DNA of 19,059 nt, from positions 1 to 19,059 of the forward strand of contig CAXHAT010000156.1 in the NCBI GenBank assembly GCA_964014485.1, written 5' to 3'. The notes beneath the pieces are model-generated. The model was not told the origin of the DNA, ran no database searches, and was given only the letters and a program-made list of their open reading frames with translations. The translations under genes and the position numbers were made by a program. Numbering within the stretch: position 1 is the first letter of the stretch; each line of letters begins with the position of its first letter. Positions 8,910 through 15,793 of the stretch are shown one piece after another. The stretch comes from an uncultured Deferribacteres bacterium. Lineage in GTDB: Bacteria; Zhuqueibacterota; Zhuqueibacteria; Zhuqueibacterales; Geothermadaptataceae.

Positions 8910-9716
8910 ATGACATCTCAGGTGAAACAGCTTTACGATATACATTCTCACGTCCTGCCAAAAATCGACGACGGCTCAACCTCGTGGGAAGAAACCATGG
9001 CGATGGTTCGCCAAGCGTACGAAAGCGGCACGACACAGCTCGCAATCACGCACCATATGATTACCGCCAGAGATTTTGACAAAGAAAATGAGATTCTTGA
9101 GAAATTCGCCCAGCTCAAGGAGCTGCTGAAACGCGAGCAAATTCCGCTCAAGCTGCATCTCGCCGCCGAGCTTTATTACAGCCCCGATCTTGAACTTGAA
9201 CATCGCATCTCGACTTATAACAACAACGGGAAGTACTTTCTCGTCGAATTTCCGATGCAAGGGATTCCCAAGTTTGCGGACGACAAGTTTTTCGAATTCA
9301 TCGTCGATGGGAAAACGCCCATTCTCGCACATCCGGAAAGAAACTTGGGCTTGGTCCGCAACCCAATGCGCGCCTACGAATTCGTGCAGCGCGGCGTGTT
9401 GATGCAAATCAACGCCGGCAGCCTCGACGGCATGTACGGCGAGCAAGTTCGGCAATTGGCTTTTAAACTATTGGACGCGCGACTCGTCCATTTCATCGGC
9501 AGCGACGGGCATAATTCAACGCGCCGCCCGCTCATCATCGGCGACGCTTATCGAATCATGAAAGAACACTACGATCAAGATTACTTACAGAAGATTTTTC
9601 ACGAAAACCCTTGGCGCGCCATGCACGGCGACGAACTCAAAGTACCCGAACCGCTGCCAATCGTCGCAACGCCGGAGAAAAAACGCTTTGGGCTTTTGAA
9701 AAAATTGGGTTTTTAG
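8910..9716 (+). CDS. PHP-family tyrosine-protein phosphatase (CpsB/CapC/YwqE type)
   Basis: DIHSHVLPKIDDGS, YFLVEFP, PILAHPERN, MQINAGSL, FIGSDGH..RRP. ATG 8910 is preferred because the longer ORF start lies inside repeats. Confidence 0.92.
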   Translation: MTSQVKQLYDIHSHVLPKIDDGSTSWEETMAMVRQAYESGTTQLAITHHMITARDFDKENEILEKFAQLKELLKREQIPLKLHLAAELYYSPDLELEHRISTYNNNGKYFLVEFPMQGIPKFADDKFFEFIVDGKTPILAHPERNLGLVRNPMRAYEFVQRGVLMQINAGSLDGMYGEQVRQLAFKLLDARLVHFIGSDGHNSTRRPLIIGDAYRIMKEHYDQDYLQKIFHENPWRAMHGDELKVPEPLPIVATPEKKRFGLLKKLGF

Positions 9717-9756
9717 AGAGCACGAGCCAAGACCACTCCTTTTCTCACCAAACGCC

Positions 9757-9781
9757 TGTCATTCAGGAGGAATCCATTTTG
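9757..9781 (+). repeat. Family A REP-like unit upstream of the GIY-YIG gene
   Basis: tgtcattcaggaggaatccattttg is 24/25 identical to the reverse complement of 10308-10332. Confidence 0.9.
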
Positions 9782-9857
9782 ACTACGGGGAAAGAAGCCG
9801 TTATTTTCACCTGCAATTCGGCGAGGAAGTTTCTTACAAACTCTGCCAAGTACGACC

Positions 9858-10148
9858 ATGAGCAAAGGCAACTACTACGTCTACATCACGACAAACCCAC
9901 GAAAAACAGTGTTCTACACCGGAGTGACAAACAACCTGAAAAATCGAATAAAACGACATTTTCTCAACCGGGGTGACGATCAAACTTTCGCTGGAAAATA
10001 TTACTGCCACAAACTCGTCTATTACGAATATCACACCGATATCAACTTTGCGATTGCCAGAGAAAAAGAAATTAAGGATATGAACAGGGAGAAGAAATGG
10101 GAGTTAATCGCAACAAAAAATCCGAACAAGAACTTCCTGCTTGTTTGA
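9858..10148 (+). CDS. Small stand-alone GIY-YIG nuclease family protein (UPF0213-like)
   Basis: 96 aa: YYVYI...FYTGVTNNLKNRIKRH...KLVYYE...AIAREKEIK, with the conserved Tyr pair, Arg and metal-binding Glu; AT-richer than neighbours. Confidence 0.93.
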   Translation: MSKGNYYVYITTNPRKTVFYTGVTNNLKNRIKRHFLNRGDDQTFAGKYYCHKLVYYEYHTDINFAIAREKEIKDMNREKKWELIATKNPNKNFLLV

Positions 10149-10187
10149 AAAGGCATTAACATATTTTTTCTTCAAAACGTCTCTGCT

Positions 10188-10332
10188 TGTCATTCAGGAT
10201 GAATCTATTTTGAAGCGGGGCGATAGAGCAGTCTTCCCCAAGACGCTCTTATCAAAGAATCTTCGCTCTTTGTCGCCGATCGCTCCATCTATCATCCAAG
10301 GGTCAGGCAAAATAGATTCCTCCTGAATGACA
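10188..10332. repeat. Family A REP-like inverted doublet downstream of the GIY-YIG gene
   Basis: tgtcattcaggatgaatctattttg (10188-10212) and caaaatagattcctcctgaatgaca (10308-10332) are 24/25 complementary, with a 95 nt spacer containing a hairpin at 10222-10253. Confidence 0.92.
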
Positions 10333-10377
10333 GTTGGGGCGGCGCATTAGCGAAACAACTATATAAACCTCGATTGT

Positions 10378-12459
10378 ATGTTCACACTCCTCAACAGCTT
10401 CCTCGCCTGGGCCTTGCTAGCCGCGGCCATTCCGATTCTAATTCATCTGTTCACGCGGAAAAAACTGAAGACCGCGCCGTTCAGTACGCTGCAATTTCTC
10501 AAGGAAATGCAGAAAGAGAAAATCCGGCAGGTCAAAATTCGGCAAATTCTATTGCTCATTTTGCGCACGTTGCTCATTCTTTTTCTCGTCATGGCCTTCC
10601 TGCGCCCGACGCTCAAAAGCAACGCCGCGTTTGTCGGCGATGACGCGAACACGGCGATGGCGGTGATCGTCGATAACAGCCTCAGCATGGGCGTGACCCG
10701 GCTTGGGCAGAGCAAATTTACGGCGGCGGCCAATAAGGCGAAAGAACTGGCGGGAATCATGCAAAACGGCGACGAAATCCATTTCATCACCGCAGGCTTT
10801 CCGGCCCGGAAAGTCAATCCCGAGCCTGTGCATTCGTCGTCGTCGGCGTTGCAAACGTTGGCCAAAATCGAGCAGGAAGCTGTTGGAACCGATCTTGACG
10901 GCGCCTTAGCTTTGGCCGTTGACGCACTCGCGCGCTCCAATTTGCTCAACAAAGAAATCTACCTGCTCTCAGACAACCACGCCGCTCTTCCGAAAGATTT
11001 GGCAAACGCCGGGACGCCGCAAAACATCCGCCTGTTCCATCTCGAATGGGAAGAAGAGACCGCAAGAAATCTGGCGATCACCGGTCTTGAAATCAAAAAC
11101 CAGATTTTCGAATTGCACCAGCCAACGGAAGTACAAATCACCGTCGCGAACACCGGGTCGGTGGACGAAAACGGCAAATTGGTCTACCTGCTGCTCAACG
11201 GCGGACGCGTGGCGCAGACGCAGATCGACGTTCCGGCCAATCAGGAGCGCAGCGTGCTCATGCGCGTCGTGCCGGACAAGCCGGGCTACCAGCTTTTGAC
11301 CGCGGAACTGGAAAACGACAATCTTTTGGCCGACAATCGCCGGTTTGGACAATTTCACATTCCTGAGCAAACAAAAGTCTTGCTCGCTGGCAAAACGGCG
11401 CGCGACCGGCTTTTCGTTCGCCTGGCGCTGGGGCAATCGCAGACGGAGGGAACGCTGGCGTTGACGGAAGTCGACGCAGATCGCCTCGCCGCCGAGACTT
11501 TTTCGGCTTATGACGCAGTGATTTTGTGCAACATCCCGCGCGTGCAGGGCGTGACCGCGCAAAAGCTGCAAACCTTCGTGGAAATGGGCGGCGGGGCGAT
11601 GATTTTTCTCGGCGGAGACGTGGATTTGCGCAACTACAACGACGAAGTTTTCGCGCGCTTCGAGATCGGCGTGCTGGGCGAATCGATTGGCAGTCTGACC
11701 GACGGCGCTAACATTCTGCGCATCGGCAAAACCAATTTTGACCATCCGGTTTTTCAGGGGATTTTTAGCGGTGAAAAAGAGAAGCGCGAAATCGATTCCC
11801 CGGCGTTTCGTTTCACCGTTCTGGCGCGCCCCAACGATGAAGCCGAAGTCATCATGCGTTACTCTAACGACGCGCCGTTTTTACTGGAAAAACGATTCAA
11901 GCAAGGCGTGCTTTTTACATTTCTCGCTTCTGCGGACGCGAATTGGTCGGACTTGACTTTTAAGGGCATCTTCGCACCATTGGTCAACCGCAGCGTGCGC
12001 TACGTCTCCGAACAGGGCGGCAGTCGCGGGCAGGAAATTCTCACTGGCGAGACCGCCGCGACCTCGCTCACAGGCTTGAACTTGCAACAATTTGAAGTGG
12101 AGACGCCTGACAAAGCCGTGCAGCGCTTGCGTCCGCAAGTGAAGGGCGGCGCCTACCTCGTCTCGCTCACAGAGACCGGCGATGCGGGCTTCTACGCCCT
12201 CGCCGCCGACCAGCAAACACGCTTCGTTTGGGCCGCCAATTTCGACCCGGCGGAGCCGCGCCAGTCTGAGATCGATGTGGAACAATTGGAAACTATCTTC
12301 GGCGAAGAAAACGTCCTCGCCCTGCCCGCCGAGGCTCCCCTCGCAAGCAGCATCGCCGACCTGCGCTTCGGCACGGAACTGTGGCGCTTGTTTTTGATTT
12401 TGGCTTTAATTACTGCGCTGACGGAGATGTTGCTGTTTCGGTCGAAGGCCGGGGAATGA
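10378..12459 (+). CDS. BatA-type N-terminal double-TM / vWA domain membrane protein
   Basis: AIPILIHL...FSTLQFL...LLLILRTLLILFLVMAFLRP N-terminus, MIDAS motif VIVDNSLSM, GTDL, IYLLSD, Ig/CARDB-like and GATase-like segments, C-terminal ELWRLFLILAL...EMLL TM anchor. Confidence 0.88.
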   Translation: MFTLLNSFLAWALLAAAIPILIHLFTRKKLKTAPFSTLQFLKEMQKEKIRQVKIRQILLLILRTLLILFLVMAFLRPTLKSNAAFVGDDANTAMAVIVDNSLSMGVTRLGQSKFTAAANKAKELAGIMQNGDEIHFITAGFPARKVNPEPVHSSSSALQTLAKIEQEAVGTDLDGALALAVDALARSNLLNKEIYLLSDNHAALPKDLANAGTPQNIRLFHLEWEEETARNLAITGLEIKNQIFELHQPTEVQITVANTGSVDENGKLVYLLLNGGRVAQTQIDVPANQERSVLMRVVPDKPGYQLLTAELENDNLLADNRRFGQFHIPEQTKVLLAGKTARDRLFVRLALGQSQTEGTLALTEVDADRLAAETFSAYDAVILCNIPRVQGVTAQKLQTFVEMGGGAMIFLGGDVDLRNYNDEVFARFEIGVLGESIGSLTDGANILRIGKTNFDHPVFQGIFSGEKEKREIDSPAFRFTVLARPNDEAEVIMRYSNDAPFLLEKRFKQGVLFTFLASADANWSDLTFKGIFAPLVNRSVRYVSEQGGSRGQEILTGETAATSLTGLNLQQFEVETPDKAVQRLRPQVKGGAYLVSLTETGDAGFYALAADQQTRFVWAANFDPAEPRQSEIDVEQLETIFGEENVLALPAEAPLASSIADLRFGTELWRLFLILALITALTEMLLFRSKAGE

Positions 12460-12460
12460 A
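12355..12460 (+). repeat. Direct repeat copy 1: 3' end of the BatA/vWA gene
   Basis: gccgacctgcgcttcggcacggaactgtggcgcttgtttttgattttggctttaat...tttcggtc...gaatgaa, repeated at 13263-13369. Confidence 0.93.
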
Positions 12461-12498
12461 GGCATGGTTTCTCTTGAATTTTCTTCAAACGTAGCGTT

Positions 12499-12903
12499 CT
12501 ATTGCGGGAGCTCGATGAACGCTTCGGGCTTGATGATTTGAATTTTTGGAAATTCGATATTTTGTAGAACGTCAAAATGATGATCGCTCGTGACAATATA
12601 GTCGGCGTTTGCAGCGAAGGCGCAGTCTACGAATTTGTTGTCATCCGGATCTTCAGCGATGAGATGAAAGTGGTAATGAGGATCAAACGGGAGGGCGAAG
12701 GGTGAGATTGTCAAAAAATCCAATAATCGATCTGCATTTTCTTGGCGATGAAGAGTCGATAAGATTTCCTGGTATTCCAGCAGAATTGGATTCGAAAAGC
12801 AGATAAAAAATCGCCCATCTACCAGATTTTGGAAAATGGCGTGATACGGGCTCGTTCGGGAGAGCGATTCGACGAACACATTTGTGTCGACGACAACCTT
12901 CAA
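12499..12903 (-). CDS. PIN-domain putative toxin (TIGR00305/PIN_3-like)
   Basis: KVVVDTNV, ILLEYQEIL, DPDDNKFVDCA, ADYIVTSDHHF acidic PIN motifs; TTG start overlaps the upstream gene's stop. Confidence 0.92.
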   Translation of the reverse strand: MKVVVDTNVFVESLSRTSPYHAIFQNLVDGRFFICFSNPILLEYQEILSTLHRQENADRLLDFLTISPFALPFDPHYHFHLIAEDPDDNKFVDCAFAANADYIVTSDHHFDVLQNIEFPKIQIIKPEAFIELPQ

Positions 12904-13136
12904 GAGACTGGCGGGCTGTAAGGTTTCAGAAGTCTGTACGCATCAATGGCTTTCTGGACGGCGCTTCGGTCAACTTTCTCGCTTTTCCAATCTTCCGTTA
13001 CCGCATCAACCAAATCTTCCGCAATCATACGCGAAATCATTTGATGGATAGCCAGCAACTGCTCTTTGTTCAACTTATCTAACTCACCGACAAGTTGAGA
13101 CTTTAATTTTGTTTCAGTCAACTCTGATGTGAGCAT
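12900..13136 (-). CDS. Small protein, putative antitoxin of the PIN toxin
   Basis: 78 aa helical-looking ORF; ATG at 13136 after GGAG; stop overlaps the PIN start by 4 nt. Antitoxin role is inferred from position only. Confidence 0.7.
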   Translation of the reverse strand: MLTSELTETKLKSQLVGELDKLNKEQLLAIHQMISRMIAEDLVDAVTEDWKSEKVDRSAVQKAIDAYRLLKPYSPPVS

Positions 13137-13262
13137 AATGCCTACTCCGTTTTGTATCAAAATAATCTTTTTGGAGCAAATGACAACAGTGAATTCAATT
13201 TGGGCATAACTTCAGGTGAAATAATCGAGAAAGCCGTGGCACCAAGAACCGGGGTTTTGAGT

Positions 13263-13369
13263 GCCGACCTGCGCTTCGGCACGGAATTATGGCGCTTGTT
13301 TTTGATTTTGGCTTTAATAACCGCGCTGGCGGATAATGTTGTTGTTTCGGTCAAGAGGGTTAGAATGAA
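13263..13369 (+). pseudogene. Direct repeat copy 2: displaced, frameshifted 3' fragment of the BatA/vWA gene
   Basis: Encodes ADLRFGTELWRLFLILALITALA, then a 1 nt insertion (ggataatg vs ggagatg). After the shift it reads MLLFRSRGLE* versus MLLFRSKAGE* in the intact gene. Confidence 0.88.
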
Positions 13370-14063
13370 TTTATCAATAAAAGACTTATTGCATCCTAGG
13401 ATTTTGCAGCATTGTGAAAAACTATTTCAGGATAGTCATTTCAAACATGCAGCGCATGAGGCAATGATTCAAGTTGAACTCGCATTAAAAGAGAAGTCTG
13501 GAGAGACAAATAAATATGGGGTTAATCTTGTATCCACTTTATTCGGAAAGGACAAAGGAATAAAACTTCGAGTTCCCTTTGGCGATGATTTGCAAAAGCA
13601 TGCGCATACTTGGTTCAAGGGTGCATTCTCATACTACAGGAATTACACCGCACATGATGGAAGTAAAATACAAGAACGCTCTTGCGCGCGAATTTTGGTC
13701 ACTGCAAGTGAATTATTAGAATTGATTGGTGCTTCTTCAAAAAACTTCGCAGATATTGGCGGCGTAGAAGGTTTAGTAAAACAGGGTTTATTCAAAGATC
13801 GGAACCGTGTGAAAGAGTTGTTAAAAATAATGGATGGATATTGCTTGCCCGATCATATTTGCGATGGGTTTTATGAAATGCTTTTTGAAAATGGGTTTGG
13901 AAATGACCATGTTGCTGCATTAATTGAAGTTGGCTTGGTAGAATATAAGTCAGAGCCTTACAATCATCTGAAGGGTATAAAGATTGATACTGAGGATTTG
14001 CCGGATGAAGTAGGGTGGTTTGAACTAACCGGTATTGGGAAAAAGATAAAAAACAACATTTGA
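13365..14063 (+). CDS. TIGR02391/Ymh-like protein with HEPN-type RxxxxH motif plus C-terminal domain
   Basis: LHPRI..C.KLF.D.HF..AAHEAMIQVE..LKEKSG...G.NLVS.LF...GAFSYYRNYTAH; visibly AT-rich. ATG 13365 is preferred over the track start at 13152. Confidence 0.8.
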   Translation: MNLSIKDLLHPRILQHCEKLFQDSHFKHAAHEAMIQVELALKEKSGETNKYGVNLVSTLFGKDKGIKLRVPFGDDLQKHAHTWFKGAFSYYRNYTAHDGSKIQERSCARILVTASELLELIGASSKNFADIGGVEGLVKQGLFKDRNRVKELLKIMDGYCLPDHICDGFYEMLFENGFGNDHVAALIEVGLVEYKSEPYNHLKGIKIDTEDLPDEVGWFELTGIGKKIKNNI

Positions 14064-14127
14064 TAATAGATGCTATTCTAGAAGCTGTCGGGTTGCGTTC
14101 TGCACCCAGTGAATGATTCAAAAAAGC

Positions 14128-14201
14128 TCAACGTAGAGACCGTGAAGGCGCTGAGTTGTCACGGAGTTTTTTCTCAGCGTTCTTTGCGCACTCCGCGTTG
14201 A
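14128..14201. repeat. Intergenic imperfect inverted repeat (family D-like, ~9 nt CGC-AGAG periodicity)
   Basis: tcaacgtagagaccgtgaaggcgctgag ... ctcagcgttctttgcgcactccgcgttga. Confidence 0.7.
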
Positions 14202-14228
14202 AAATTCACATTTGGAGAGAAAAAATAC

Positions 14229-15515
14229 TTGATCGAGAAGAACGGTAAACTTTCAGAAAAGGCGATTTTGGTTGGGGTGGCGGGGCCGAATTTTTCGCGC
14301 TGGCAAACGCGGGAGCATTTGGAGGAATTGGCCTTGTTGGCGGACACGGCCGGCGCGAATGTGATCGAGACCATTGTGCAAGAGCGCAAAAAAATCGACA
14401 CGACTTACTACATCGGGCGCGGCAAGGTTGAAGAATTAAATGAAATGGTCGAAGACCTCGCGGCGGACATGCTCATTTTTGACGACGACCTCACTCCAGC
14501 GCAGGCCAAGAACATCGGCAATGTGGTCAAGAAAAAAGTCATCGACCGCAGCGGATTGATTCTGGATATTTTCGCGCGGCGGGCCAAAACGCGCGAGGCG
14601 CGCACGCAAGTGGAACTGGCGCAATTGCACTACCTGCTCCCCCGCCTGACGCGGCAATGGACGCACCTTTCGCGGCAGGTCGGCGGCATCGGCACGCGCG
14701 GGCCGGGCGAAACCCAGCTCGAAGTTGACCGCCGTATGATTCGCAAGCGCATTTCCAGCCTTGAAAAGGATTTGGAAAAAATCGAAAGGCAGCGCAGCCT
14801 GCGCCGCAAGCACCGCGACCGCGTATTCAAAGCTGCGTTGGTCGGCTACACAAACGTCGGCAAATCCACCCTGCTGCAGGCAATGACTTCCGCCAATGTC
14901 CTGGTGGAAGACCGCCTGTTCGCCACCCTGGACGCGACCGTCCGTGCGCTGGAAATTGCGAAGCACGAATCGATTCTTTTGATTGACACGGTCGGCTTTA
15001 TCCGAAAACTGCCGCACCATCTCGTCGCGAGCTTTAAAAGCACGCTGGAAGAAGCCCGTGAGGCGGATTTGCTTTTGCACGTCATCGACGTAACGCATCC
15101 GCAATTTGAAGAACAAATCGAGACGGTGAACGAAGTCTTGAAAGACCTCGACTTGACGGATCGCGATCAGCTTTACGTTTTTAACAAGGTCGATCAGTTG
15201 GAAACGCCGGGCATGATTGCGACGCTGAAAGAAAAATATAATCCGTCGGTGTTCATTTCCGCTAGGCGCGGCATGTTTTTGGAAGAATTCAAGGCGGCGC
15301 TGGTCAAATTTTCGCGTACGCATGAGCAGGAGTCGTCCGTTGTTTTGCATTCGTCGCAAGGGCGGTTGTTGGCAAAAGTCTATGCGATGGCGACCGTGCT
15401 GGAGCGGCGCGACATCGAAGACAAGATTGAATTGCGGTTCCGGACTTCGCATGAAAAAACGGCGCAACTGCAAGCGATGTTGAGCGCGGAGACGACTTTG
15501 GAAAAAGGACAATAA
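14229..15515 (+). CDS. hflX: Ribosome-splitting GTPase HflX
   Basis: LEELALLADTAG, YIGRGKVEE, ILDIFARRA.TREA..QVELAQL, GPGETQLEVDRR, G1 GYTNVGKST, LFATLD, DTVGFI, NKVD. Confidence 0.98.
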   Translation: MIEKNGKLSEKAILVGVAGPNFSRWQTREHLEELALLADTAGANVIETIVQERKKIDTTYYIGRGKVEELNEMVEDLAADMLIFDDDLTPAQAKNIGNVVKKKVIDRSGLILDIFARRAKTREARTQVELAQLHYLLPRLTRQWTHLSRQVGGIGTRGPGETQLEVDRRMIRKRISSLEKDLEKIERQRSLRRKHRDRVFKAALVGYTNVGKSTLLQAMTSANVLVEDRLFATLDATVRALEIAKHESILLIDTVGFIRKLPHHLVASFKSTLEEAREADLLLHVIDVTHPQFEEQIETVNEVLKDLDLTDRDQLYVFNKVDQLETPGMIATLKEKYNPSVFISARRGMFLEEFKAALVKFSRTHEQESSVVLHSSQGRLLAKVYAMATVLERRDIEDKIELRFRTSHEKTAQLQAMLSAETTLEKGQ

Positions 15516-15558
15516 TTTCAAAACCTACTCCAATCCCTTCCCGGAGAACAATTTGTAA

Positions 15559-15751
15559 CTGATGTTACGCAGGCATCGTTTGACGTGCACGGTCAGAGTC
15601 TGAGGGCAGCTTTTGATTCTCATTAGCTTCGCTCTTCAGAGCTGAGATTTTTGAAGACGGATGTCATCTCTTCCGCCGGGCTGAAGCCCGGCGCTAATGA
15701 GACAAGATTTGCTATAAGACTCAGTATATGCGCTACCGCGCGTAACATCAG
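15559..15751. mobile_element. 193 bp MITE with 12 bp perfect TIRs and 7 bp target-site duplication
   Basis: ctgatgttacgc (15559-15570) and gcgtaacatcag (15740-15751). TTTGTAA flanks both sides (15552-15558, 15752-15758). Carries a family C REP pair; 15676-15704 is the exact reverse complement of 8673-8701. Confidence 0.88.
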
Positions 15752-15793
15752 TTTGTAAGCGTTTCATGCGCATAAATTACAAACATTCAAGTT

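Noticed and set aside
8908..8922. gtatgacatctcagg as the missing right TIR of the 8531 MITE end
   Set aside because: It needs several indels to match gtaacatcag, has no matching 7 bp duplication, and coincides with the phosphatase start codons.
9757..10332. Possible CRISPR array
   Set aside because: Copies are in mixed orientation with irregular spacing, there are no uniform spacers, and no cas genes are present.
13152..13364. N-terminal 71 aa of the 303 aa ORF in the track (apparent TM-HEPN fusion)
   Set aside because: It comes from the frameshifted duplicate of the BatA-gene end and overlaps the divergent antitoxin start region; ATG 13365 is the more plausible start.
14436..15521. 361 aa antisense ORF, and similar long antisense ORFs within alaS, recX and the BatA gene
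   Set aside because: Shadow frames of well-supported genes with no recognisable motifs.
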